From NCBI RefSeq assembly GCF_026210795.1, contig NC_089434.1, positions 62,001-126,000 of the forward strand: 64,000 bases of DNA, read 5' to 3'. The notes under the pieces are model-generated. The model did not search any database and was not told the DNA's origin. It saw only the letters and a list, made by a program, of their open reading frames with translations. The translations under genes were made by a program, and so were the position numbers. The DNA is from Rhizophagus irregularis (lineage: Eukaryota). Of this stretch, positions 51,776 to 64,000 are shown one piece after another (the first letter of the stretch is position 1; the number at the start of each line of letters is the position of its first letter).

Positions 51776-54700
51776 TTATTTAATTTTATCAGATGCTAAA
51801 CCTTCACCTGTTAAAAAATCAAAAATATTTAAATGTAATTGTATAGTTTGGTATACATGATATGGAACTAATAATTTTTTTATAGTTATATTATTATTTA
51901 TATTAGATGGACCTGAATTATCATATTTTTCATATTTATATGTTCTTATTGATTTATTAAGTAAATCTTTCAAAAAAACTTTTGTTATCTAAATATTAAT
52001 ATTAAGTATATTAATAATAATATAATGAAAGTTTTAAATAAAATGATTGGTTAATACTTACTTGATATAATAAATTACCAATTTCTAAGTGTTGTTGCAT
52101 AGCAATACTTTGATCTCCATTCTCAATACTAATTATACCATTTTTATTTATTAATTTGGTAGCAATAACACCTTCTAATTGCAACTTGTCAACTACGGAC
52201 CATATCCAATCAATTTCCAGTGGATTCGAAATGTTTGTTGCTGTATACCACTCTTTCATTTTACTTATTGTTGTTTCTTTACTTTTTAGATTAAAAGTTT
52301 CATCCCCACCAATGTCAATATTCATTGCATCGTCGCCTATAATTTAAATATTTTATTTGTACATAACATAACGTGTAAAATTAAATAAAAATAAGAATTT
52401 ACCTTGATAATTATCGTTATCCTCCAGTTCTTCTAAAATTTCTTTTGCAGACGTTAAACTAACTAATCGACGCTTTTTTGTTTGTAAAATATGTGGCCTA
52501 AATTTGCATTTATAAGAAAATACTATACCATTACTAGATTTAGTTGAACTTGCATTAATTTCATGCCAACTTTCAGGGCATCCGCAAGATTTACAATAAT
52601 TTTGATGATGTCGTCTTTTAATTAGTGAAACAGATACATTGATATTATTTGGAAGTAAAGATGATTTAGTCGCAATACTCTGATTAAGTGCATTTGAATT
52701 TGGGGAATCTTCAAAATTTACAGGTGTGTATTCTTTTTCACGACACCAAAGAACAACTTGTCTAGTGGTCAATGATTGAGTAATTGTTTTGACCTTTTCA
52801 TTAAGTGATGTACGTGCTAATGATTGAACTAATGAACGTATTAATTTCGCTCTGTTTATTTCTGAAGCTTTACGACGATCAAGGTCCCAAGAAAGAAATG
52901 CCTTTGCTGACGTTGCAGTAGAATAAGGGAGAGTTGATTTTTGCGTAGCTAAAGCAGCTAAAGATAAGACTAATGGATAACTTTGAACAGCTTCTTTCAA
53001 CAACGGTTCTAAATAATTCATATCTTCTGAGGTAAGCCTTTTATTATTCCATTCACTTTGTTTTTGATCATTAGAAATTTGTTTCTTATTAGGTACAAAT
53101 TGTTGAGGACTCTCTTGAACTATATTTAACTTGCGCTTCCGTTTATTATTTTCAGGAACAGGAGCAATAAATTCTGTATTTCTATCCAATTCAAGATCAA
53201 ATGCATGTTCATCTCCAAGTCTTTGCTTCCCACTATGAGTGTCATCAAGTTTCAATGCATGAATCACATCTACGGGCTTGTTCCTCTTATCAACAAAGAA
53301 TATTTGTATTCGTATTGGAAATTCACCCCATCCATATCTAGTTAATTGGAAAGGAGGATCAATTACATCAACAATATCGTGAGGTTTATAACTTGGATGA
53401 AGATAAAATCGAACTTTGCGTATGAATGGTGTGACATTTAAATCATGAGGTGGACCGGCAACGTATACCATCCATTTATGTGTATATTTTTGAAGATTTG
53501 GATCTCTTTTTTCTGAAGCAATCCATTTAGAAACATTACCAACGACAATACGACGCTTTACGTAAAATCGTGAACCATGATCAATTGGATCAAATACACT
53601 GCTACACGCAGGGATTGTAAATGCCGCAGAAATCGTAGTAACTTCCCGCTGTTGTAATGTTCCAGGTGAATTGTTTTGATCGCTTGTTATTGAAACACGT
53701 GTAGCTTTGACCATCTCGTTATTGTGATTGTTAATGAATTTAGACTTATCATGTTGAAAGCTTTCAGCTTCATTATTTATTTTTAGTGGATTAATATCCG
53801 GAGGAGTAGCCTCATTTTCATTTTTCTCGATAGTGTTATCTGATTCTTTTGAAAGATAATTCTCAGTATTATTCTTAGAAGAAATGTCGTTATTTGTGTC
53901 TACGATATTTTTTTCGGGTTTTACTTTATCCTGATAATGAGGTGGTGTAGTTTTATTAAAAGGTGAAAAGTCTAAATCACTGGAATTACTGCTAATCTCG
54001 TCATCATCAATGTCTGACGAAGTATAATTTAAGCCTGAAACGTCAGAAGAATCTAGATTCATGTCATTTTCAGAATAGTTTATATCACGGTCAGACGTAG
54101 TATACAAAGTAGGCAAGTTTTCGGAATACCCACTTTCTTGATTATTAAAATACGATTTATCATGGCGAATGGAATTTTCTTCTACTCCAGGATCAATATC
54201 TTCTTCAAATACTTTAATCGTTGGCTATCATAAATAGAAATTCAATTAATTAGCGGATAATGGCATATCTGTTCAATACAAACAAGCAACATACCCTGCT
54301 TTCGCTAATGGAACAATAATTGGAAATTAAATACGTTTATATTATTAGTTTTGTATTTCCAAGTTATTATAATTTTCTCGCATGTGAATAAAAAATGAAT
54401 ATACTTTGAACGACTTAACGATCCATTCGACTGACCCAATATTGTACGAAGCGAAGGTGGTCTAGTGACAACTCTGGATCTTGCAGGATGATCCAGTGGA
54501 ATAATATTTTCATCCTATAAATTTAATTTAAACCTAGATTAATATAATTACTCAAACACTAAATAATAATACTGATAATTTACCACTGGGGTACCACAGA
54601 TTAGGAGAGCTTCTTCATGATTAGGGAATTCTATCTTATGAGAGAGACGGCAATGGTTCAAAAATCCTTGAACATTGATGAATTTGGAACGATGACATTC

Positions 54701-55316
54701 AGGGCAAGCCAATCTATAAATTCGAAACAGCATATATTTTGACCTGATAGCTAATCAGATGTATTAAACACAGTTTAAGACTTACTTTACGTAAGTACCA
54801 TCATTTCTACGCGAATACAAATCTCTACATGGATCAAAATAGTAATAATCGTTATCTCTAGTAGAATAAATTTTACGAGTCGAATGACGCGTTGAGGTCA
54901 ATGAAGAAGATATAGATTGACTACTATTAGATGCCGATAAGTTACAGATTGAATCTTGGAACTTGTCTGGGGGTGCTGTTTAAACTTGCAAAATTAATAG
55001 TTTTCCTGATAATTGATTATTTTTGAATAAAAAAAGCGTTCAGTTTTACTGTTAAACTTACGTTCCAAAATACAATGTTTAAGAGTTTCGAGAACCTTTT
55101 CCGCTTTTTCCAATTCTTTTTGAATTTTTTGCATTTCTCGATGACGTAGCAAAATTTCTAAATCAAAGTGCGCATCAATGACCTTAGTGGCCTTTCGTAT
55201 AGTCTCTTCATCTATAAATTATAAAAAATTAAATTTTCTTTTAACGTAGTTTTATTCTCGGACAAATTCTATATACCTCTTAGAATTGGTCTTCGTAGTT
55301 GGGCAGAGCGATTCAT
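51776..55316 (-). CDS. YEATS2: YEATS2-like protein: N-terminal coiled coil, Ahc1-like C2H2 finger, YEATS domain, conserved C-terminal motif; multi-exon
   Basis: HFDLEILLRHREMQKIQKEL..LKHCI; CPECHRSKFINVQGFLNHCRLSH; RFYVKRRIVVGNVSKWI..THKWMVYV..LHPSYKP..GWGEFP; C-terminal FDFLTGEGL. GT-AG introns and a long uninterrupted ORF (52353-54116). Confidence 0.88.
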
Positions 55317-55896
55317 ACTGAACTAGAAATAATTTGAAGCTCGTTTAATTTTCGGCATTTTTAATCATCAGCCACGTTATTCGTGTAACATTTACCCATC
55401 GGCGGGGCAAAAGTATCGATCAGGGTCGATATATCAATAATAAAAATCATACCGCGGGATCCACGGAGTAATTTAAAATACTAATTTAAAATACTGGATT
55501 ATAATAATTAATTTATTTATATATATATTTTTTGAAAATAATTAAATAATTACAATTAATAATTTGTTAGAAATCTGTTAAACATGTGGAACTTTAAAAT
55601 GGGAAAGTCAAAAGCTGCATAAAAAAATTAATGTACCAAAACTGTACCAAATTCATACATATAAAGATCCATTTAATATTAATTTAGGTGAAACTGAATT
55701 TACAACTATTTGGTGATTTTTTATAGAAAACAATTTTTCAGAAGGAAAGATTATTTAGTGTTAATTAGCATTAAATTATTTTCAGTTATACCTTATACAA
55801 AAGATTAGTATTATAATATATATATATATATATATAATAAAAATATAAAATTAGGTAAATTTCAAATATTAACAGTTTATAAATAATTTATATTTA

Positions 55897-56079
55897 CAGT
55901 TAGGCCTCTATAATTGCATCCACTATGTATACCCTTTCTAAATATACCCTCTGATTCGGTCCCAGGCTTATATAATCTCTAATTATTTTACCTCTATAAA
56001 TGCACATCCTGTTTAAATGCACTATTTTGAAAATTATGCATATAGTCCCAAGAGGTGTGCAATTATGAAGGTCTGACTG
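55897..56079. mobile_element. Tc1/mariner (pogo-like) MITE
   Basis: TA|cagttaggcctctataattgca ... tgcaattatgaaggtctgactg|TA. Confidence 0.8.
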
Positions 56080-56190
56080 TATAAGGTAAAAATGGTAGTT
56101 TCAAATTTTAAAAATTTTTAACTTTTTTTTTTCTTTAAATAACTTGCTAATTATTAATATTAACAAGTTTCCCTGTAAATTTTCTATAAG

Positions 56191-56339
56191 TAAGGTTACT
56201 TGCCTATTAAAACCTCTTCAAAATCCTACAATTAGTTTTTCCAAGAATTTACTATAGTTTATTATAATTTTAGCAAAGTTTTGGCAGTTTTGACATTTAT
56301 ATTAAGTTTTAAAACCTTTTAATTTTTCCAGTAACCTTA
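56191..56339. mobile_element. Degenerate hAT MITE (taaggtt family, inverted relative to 47572)
   Basis: taaggttacttgcc..aaacctcttcaaaatcctacaattagttt matches the revcomp of 47771-47815; ends gtaacctta. Confidence 0.7.
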
Positions 56340-56950
56340 ATTATAAAAACCAATTTTTTAATATTATATTATCTTAAATATGGATTTTATTTGTAATTGC
56401 TAAATATAGAAAATAGGATTATATAAGGACCCTGGACATCTCTGATATAACTTACATTTTAGTTTTCGCGAATTGATTCAAATTTAGTTCGAAGTCACAA
56501 TTTGAGTTTAAGCAAATCAATCCAAATTTGGCCTCAAGTCACATTTTTGGGTTTTAGCAAATCAGATGGATTTTCACAAAGTCACTTTTCACATTTGGGC
56601 AATTTGATCGCTTTTTATAATAATATCTATAAATTTAAATTTTTTTTTGATTATTACTTAATAAAACATTTTTACACAATTTTTTCTAAAAAAAATAAAC
56701 CATTTTTTCCCAATTATAATGAAGTGAAAGCATACAAAAGAGCGTTTAGCTAAAAATAAATTTTGTGAAGCTATTATAAATGAACGTGCAGTATTTTGCA
56801 TATGTGGTCAAAAGTAATACTTGATAAAAATTATGACAAGTCCAGGCTTAATGAACATTCAAATAATTTAAGATATAAATTAAATAATAAAAAACGTCAA
56901 CTTGGTTTGCCAGGTTTGTTTCCTATTATACCTAAAAAAGGGGCGTCTAA

Positions 56951-57337
56951 AGCCGTGTTCGATCATGTGACTTGTAAAAATTTATTTTTCACAAATAAAA
57001 CTTTTTGCCAATACATAAAACTTTCAAGTTACACATAATATGTGTATTTTAGCCTGATGTGCAAGTTTACTTAATGCGCAATATGGGTTTTGAACACCAT
57101 TTTTGACTTATTTGAATTTTTTCATTTTTGTCATCCATTTTTGGATATGATCAGTAAAGATTATTCGTTCATATGTAAAGTCAAAAACAGTGTTTAAAAC
57201 CAGCTTTTTTTCATTAAGTAAATTTGTAAAGCAGGCCAAAATACACTTATTTTATAACATTCACATTAACATTAATCTTAGTTCATAAAAAAATGGCTTA
57301 TTTATAAAATGTCAAGTCACATGATCGAACAGACCCC
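56951..57337. mobile_element. MITE flanked by (C/T)TAA, related to the 29297-29696 core
   Basis: TIR tgttcgatcatgtgacttg / caagtcacatgatcgaaca. Excision restores the K-G-A-S-K-K-A reading frame. Confidence 0.8.
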
Positions 57338-57714
57338 TTAAAAAAGCAAAAAATACACCTTCAGACTCAGAATCTTCACTATCACCATTAGAATCTTTAA
57401 CACTAAATATACCATGTCCTGGACTTATTTCTGAATAAATATTCATATATATCAATTGAACACCAGTTACATACGGAGGTACATGCCGATGAGAAATTAT
57501 TGGAAAAGAAATGTTTTCAGATAAATTTTCATGTGGAACACAATTTGATTTTAAAAAGCTTAATGACGATGAAATAATTCAATTTAATAAGCAAATTGCA
57601 GCCGAGTCTGAATGGTTTATTGACCGTCTTGGTAAAAAAATTTATTTATAACTTTAATTAGTATCAATAAAAATTTAATTTATCTTTTTTAACATTAGGG
57701 ATGTGTGTTCGATC

Positions 57715-57911
57715 TAAGGTTGCGGGCTAAACTAGTTTTTGAATTTGGTAAAACATCTAAACCTCAGTTTCGTCAATTTTATTATAAAAGTTTATTATAG
57801 TTTTGTCATTTCATATGATTTTTATAGTCAAGTTTCGCCAAATTTTTATTAATATTTTAATATAGTTTTGTCAAGTTTCACATTTACTATAGAGTTTCGC
57901 CCGTAATCTTA
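57715..57911. mobile_element. hAT-type MITE
   Basis: TIR taaggttgcgggctaaact / agtttcgcccgtaatctta; 8-bp TSD gttcgatc. Confidence 0.9.
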
Positions 57912-60900
57912 GTTCGATCAGTCAATTGCGAAAGAAGATCTTATAGACAGACCTGTTCACCATATTCTCTTATTCAGCAGAATCCTTATTTCTGGAGTCA
58001 TGTTCGAATTGCTGTTCCTGATCCAAAAAATATTAAGCATATACCAAAATTTTATTATTCTAATGATCCGTTATTAACGTATTTGAAGAATAATCAAATT
58101 AAACAATTGAATAAACTTCTCGGTACTGAAAATTCATCATCTACTGAATTATGGTTAGAAAGCTGCCGATGGTGCATTTGATCAAAAACCAGTATTTAAA
58201 GGCTTTTGCTATATTATACTACAAACCACAGAACGTGAAAAAGATAATAAAGGCATATAAAATCTTAAGTATTCAAATGAATTTTTAGATTTTCTTGTTA
58301 TTTTAGGAAGTATTAGTCTAAAAGCATTGGATTTATTTTGCCAAAACTTGGCTGGTATGACGATTCGTACAATTAGGTAATTAAAATTATATAATATTTA
58401 TGTTCAAATCTATTTTATTAAATTGAATTAATTACAGACGCCATAGAAGTGCTTCGGAGGATGCTATTAATAATCCTGATCTCTGCTATGAAAATGTTGC
58501 TAGATTCAAAAGACTTTTAGATGTATTAAATTATAAAGGTTCAGTAGCGGCAATGACCGATTGTACAAAATTAAAAACAGGACTGCAATATTTATCAAAA
58601 TTAGGTTGCATTGTCAGATCAACTTTGAACTATAGTGATTGTAAGATTAAAACTTATGACAATATATATAATACAGTTTCTAATATTAAGAATAAAAATG
58701 CAATTACGAAAGATGTTAAAATTTATATTCTTCAGGTAATTTCTAATATAATACATTCAATTATTCTAGCATTAAATTATTTAAATTTTATTTAAATTAT
58801 TAGGTACCTCTTCTGAAGTTTCTACCTATAGTTGTTGCATTAATTCCAACTAGAAATAATAATGCTGAAAAAGTTTTTGCATTTCATCAAAAACTTATCA
58901 ATATTGCGACAAGACTTGATATACATATCATTTCTATTGGATTGGATGGAGCAGCTACGTAACTTTGCAGCACAAAACCTGCTAGCAAGCAACTAAAACT
59001 AATATGCGTATTCAACATCGAAACATCCAATTTGGTATTAATTTCAACTGTCCTGTATTCCCTAAAATTGGCCCATGATTCATATATAGGACCTAAAGCA
59101 TAGGAAAAAAACAGCAAGAAACGCTGCTATGTCTGGTGCCCGCTTACTCACTTTTGGCAATTCTACTGTCCGATTTGATCAGTTGTTAAAATTGTCTCTT
59201 AAAGAAGATAGTGTCATGTATAAACGGGATATTATAAGATTAGATCGATAAGATGATAATACAGCATATCAAAGAATCTGGAACAGTTACTAGATGAAAA
59301 AAAAGATTTGCCTTTTAAACAACATAACCTATTCGTTTATCTTTTTATTATGGGTAAGTATTGTTTAATTTGTATTTAATTTTAAATTCTTAATTTATGA
59401 AGTATTTTTTAATAAAATTTTTTATTTATTAACTAAATTAACTTTAGGCAAACTTATTGATAGTTATCTCAATCAAAATATTACATATTATAAAAGGATC
59501 TAAATGGCTATTACTGCATATTTCTTTTTACATCTTTGGAAATATCATATTGAAACTTTTAGTACATTTTATCCTTCTCATATATCCATTTCAAGGAACT
59601 TTTTAGTAATGCAAACTTTTAATATTATGATTAGTCTAGTTGAATCCTTAGTTCTTTTAATTAAGATCCATCGAGATTATTATAAAAATATTCCGTTATT
59701 ACCGTGGAAATATGGCACTGAATCATGTGAACATATTTTTGGTATTTCTTGCCAATTTTGTGCTAATTTTAATTATTTAGAAATCGTTCAAATGGTTCCA
59801 AAAATTAATCAATATCTTAGATCCGTTAAATCTGATGATTTGATGATGTTTAGGAAGGAAAAAAAGTGAGTATTATTTATTTTTTAATCATATTTATTTT
59901 GCAATTACATGATTTATTTTATTTGATTTATTTTAGGTTATGATTTTAATGAATATGGAGAAATCAATCTTATAGATGATAATCTTGAATGCTTACGCTA
60001 CTGGCTATCTGATACTGAGATTGATAATGCAATCAAAGTGGGTTATGAAAAAGCCGTTCATCTAGCAAAATATTTGGAAATGACTGCCATACCACATAAT
60101 GCTCATTATTTTGCTATTTATTAAAGACTTCCTACCTTATGGCTAGAAGATTTTTGGGATGACAATTCAAAGTTTAGGTATACTGACAATAATGAAAAAA
60201 TTAATAATGATAATCTAAATATTTCTCAAAGTATAAACTGTGCAGTATCTAAATTATCAAATCAAGAAAACCAAGAAGAGCTTAATTCATCAGATTTGGA
60301 TGTTTCGTCCTTGCTAAAAAAAAATTATGGAACCTGTCAAGTAATTGTGGAACATATCCAAAAATTACCTGATATTTTATGGTATCCAAATTGTAAGTAA
60401 TTTAGTTATTATATTTTAATATTTCTTTACAAATCTAATTTCATTTTTTTTATTATTTATATAATTATAGATTCTAAGGACTTTGATTATCCTTTAAACA
60501 ATAGATTATTAAATATTGAACACTTTTTAAATTTGCGTCAACATCATGATGCTTATTTAAATAGAAAACTTGAATGCAAAAATATCTTATTAAAAAATTA
60601 TAACAACGAAACTGATGGTGAATTTGACATTAATAAATAAAACAAGTGGTTTGATTTCTGTATTTGACTAAAAATGATTCTATTTCTATTAAATCACGAA
60701 AAAATCGATGGAAATCAGATGGAATGACTAATTGTAACATGCATAAAAAGCAAAATTTACCAGGTAAACTTAATGTAATAATGTTCTTATTTTAATTTTT
60801 TAATTTTTCTAACTTTATTTTTATATTTTTAGAAAATCTTTCATGTGCTAATGTAACTACTTTTTTTCCATTACAAGTTGGTTCTTATGTAATAGTTAAA

Positions 60901-61144
60901 TTTGATAATACACTTTGTATTGCTCAAATTATTGCTATGTACGAAAAAAAAGTTTCAATACATTCTTATATCAATACACTCATTTCAAATCTCAAATCTC
61001 TTTCTTATATACTGTATCTATGAAAATTTATTTTCATATTAATGGTGCAATTTTTTCAGAAATCCATGATTATTCTTTTTGTATTTTTTCTCATGTTGAA
61101 CCTTTACATATTACTTATCATTTGGCTTCTAAAGATATTAGTAT

Positions 61145-62523
61145 AGGACCCCGCTTACTTCTAATAGAGGTCTCCGAAAATATAAGGTAAAATTTATATT
61201 AAAAAAAAATTTTAGGTCTCTTAATAGATAAAGGTAAAATTATATATATGACAAATAAAAGGTCTCCGGATATGTAAGGTAAAGTTAAAATAGGTTTCCG
61301 GTTTTATAAGGTAAAATCAAATATAAGTTTACAAATGTTTCGGTAAATAATAAGGTAAAATTGTATATAAAATTTAATATTTACCTTATATATACTAATT
61401 TGAAATATTGTACAACAATTATTACAATATTTGGTAATATACGTTTTATAATTTTTTCTCAAAATAAAAAATTTATTCTCCTCTTTATACTTGTAAAAAC
61501 CATTTTATATTTTTAATTTTATTTGCATTAGCACTATCTTTTTGAAAATTATTACAAAAATTAGCTTTTAAAATATAAAAATTCGTACAGCAATTAGCAA
61601 CTTCAGAATTTAATTTCAGTACTTTGGTTAAATCAAATCATATTTTACTATCTAAGAAAGTTGTTTAGTAAGGTCGAACTACTTATATTTGAATTTTTAT
61701 AGCAGTTGGAGTAATATTTATTGCATACGAGCATTTTTTTATTTTAATATTAACTTAAAATTTACGTTTTTTGTTTATTAAATTCGGAGCGTAATTTGGG
61801 CATTTTAGTCAAATGAAATCACCTTTTTAAGCTTAAGTAATATTGTTCGGCGAGATCGAAACTACCTGAATATTAATTTTCATAAGAATCAGTTTAATAT
61901 TTACGGAATACGAGCAATTTTCGCACTTTTAATTTTTTTTTATTTTCCCGATCAGTAATTATAGGGCGTAATTTGGGCACTTTGGTCAAATGAAATCACT
62001 TTTTCATGCTTAAGTAAAGTTGTTCGGCAAGGTCGAAAATATTTAGATAAATATTTTCATAGCAGTTGGATTAATACTTATGGGGTACGAGCATTTTTTC
62101 ATAATAATACCAATTACGAATTTATTTTTTTTAAAAAAAAATTAATTAGATTTTTTTAAAGAAAGTAAGTGAATAATAGTTTCGAAGTAAAGTTAAAGAT
62201 GTGTGTCTTTAAGATTTTTTTTATAGTATTTTTGTAATTCAAAGTACTTTTTTTACTAATAAAAGTTATTTATCTTTAAAGAATAAGAATTAAACTTAGT
62301 AAAAATAAAAAATTTTTAAAATTTATTGTAATGATTATAAAATATTTTGTTTATTTAATATTTAAAAAAATTTAGGTCTCTGAAAATCTAAGGTAAAATT
62401 TAATATAATTTTAAAAGGTCACTATATATATATGGTAAAATTATGAGATAAGAAAGGTTGGTAAAATTACTAGTAAATCTGAAATTTTGCCCGGAGACCT
62501 TTATTAGAAGTAAGCGGGGTCCT
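61145..62523. mobile_element. Non-autonomous AGGACC-terminus element with three ~179-bp internal repeats
   Basis: ~32-bp TIR aggaccccgcttacttctaata(g/a)aggtctccg; TSD attagtat. Excision restores K-D-I-S-I-N-E-E. Confidence 0.92.
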
Positions 62524-64000
62524 ATTAGTATCAATGAAGAAGCATTAATTCTTAAAGGAAATGCAAAAAAAACTTTTAATGAACTTATAAAACTTGATAG
62601 TATATAAATTATATATCTATAAAGTTTCGAATTAGATAAACAATAAAAATATATTGATAATCAAGTCATATTTCAAATTTTAGCAAATTTTATATAAATT
62701 TAGATGTGATAATTCAATTTTGAGCAGATTAGGCTAATTTTGAAAGGAGCAAAAAGTGTCTAATTTCATGCAGATCAGTTGTGAGTTATATATATAATGT
62801 CTGGGGTCCTGTTATATAGCTAAGAATAATATGTTTCAAATGATATTTACCATTTTACTTATTGAGTTAAATTGACTACTTAATAATGCATATGTAGTAT
62901 TGTTATAAAATACATACATGAACATTGGACAATTTTAAACTGGATAGTACAGTTCATGTCAGCTATAATTTCATACTTGGAATATTTTGTTTGCATTAAT
63001 GCCAGCCATTTTTCTTGTTAATTTCAGCCAAAAGATTTTTAAGGTTGGTTATTAACTTATCTATATTTGCAAAATCTATAGACTATAAACATATATGAAC
63101 ATGAATTCGTTTAGATATTCGTATCCACAAAAAATTGCCAGATAATATTCTATATACAATATTGTATATATGTGAGGTATAATGAGTAGATTGTATTTTA
63201 ATAATATTATATTAAAATTTATATTAAATAATTACTTTCATGTATTTTTTTTATTAATTTTACTTTAACATATAATGTAAAAAAAAATAAAAATAAAAAA
63301 ATATTTTAAGTATAAAATTTAAATAATTAGCTGATAATTATTTGTGTTAAAATAATTATATAAACTATTAAATTAGTTAAATTAAATAAATTAAGTTTAG
63401 CAATTCTAATTAAATTAAGTACTAGTTAAATTGGCTCAAATTTTGATTTAGTCCAATTTATGCAACTTTATATTAGAATAATTTTTAATTTTATTTAATA
63501 AATTTAAAAAGCTTCTTGTTAAACCAAATTTTACCTATTAAAAAATTTATAATTTAATAAATTTAATAATATTTCAAAATTTTAATTCATTTAATCACTT
63601 AAGTAAAAAATGGTAATGAAAACTTCTAATTTTACATGAAAAGTACAATGATTAAATATAAGTATTTATAAAAAAAAAAATTGACAAAAAAGTAAATTTA
63701 AAATTGCAACAGTTTTGCCATCTGTCTAATTAATGATAAATTGAATTCAAATATTAAGATAAATTTCAATATTTTGAATCTTAAAATGGTATTTAATAAT
63801 TACTATATATTGCAAGGTATAGTATCCTAAGTATAATACAAATTTCAGATGATTAATTTTATATTACTATTACATTTATCTATAACATAAATTTTATTAC
63901 AATGGCATATATTTCAAAAGCTTGTTTTATAATAATCAGAAAATTACTATTTACATATAATTTCTGGGTAAAATTCAATTCTCTAAATAATAACTGAAAA

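Larger units (their letters stand above)
56700..62605 (+). pseudogene. P-element-like DDE transposase pseudogene, copy B (introns, 3 nested insertions)
   Basis: VFCICG; AMTDCTKL (58550); IGLDGA (~58940); I*DLKHRKKTARN (~59090); LDR*DD; WKYGTESCEHIFGIS (~59710). Confidence 0.7.
56426..62810 (+). mobile_element. 6.4-kb DNA transposon with AGGACC termini and 8-bp TSD, encoding a P-like transposase
   Basis: TIR aggaccctggacatctctgatataact vs revcomp aggaccccagacattatatatataact. Flanks attatata / gttatata (7/8). Confidence 0.75.

Overview
Very AT-rich eukaryotic DNA with short GT-AG introns; the gene and repeat content suggests an arbuscular-mycorrhizal (Glomeromycotina, Rhizophagus-like) fungus (inference). 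Only one clearly intact host gene is present: a multi-exon YEATS2-like chromatin reader (minus, ~51776-55316) with an Ahc1-like N-terminus. The rest is a deep nest of DNA transposons. (1) An outer CACTA/En-Spm-type element with a CACAGGTC terminus at 30434 (other end apparently left of the window) holds a hAT element, a Myb/SANT-trihelix gene and an 18.4-kb inner CACAG element (4471-22870, TGG target-site duplication [TSD]). The inner element holds a CATCAGG element (2-bp TSD) carrying a second Myb/SANT gene. Both CACTA transposases sit head-to-head with members of one uncharacterised intron-rich 'YHSPE' gene family (3 copies). (2) A 6.4-kb element with AGGACC termini and an 8-bp TSD (56426-62810) encodes a decayed P-element-like DDE protein; a second decayed copy (~48150-51300) and a non-autonomous relative are present. 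(3) There are many MITEs (hAT-, Tc1/mariner-, TTAA- and CATCAGG-type), tandem arrays, a recurrent 33-bp palindromic module, and an ORF-less spliced-looking tandem array with a pseudoknot-capable GC-rich island. All calls come from reading the sequence by eye; no searches were run and internal exon coordinates are approximate.
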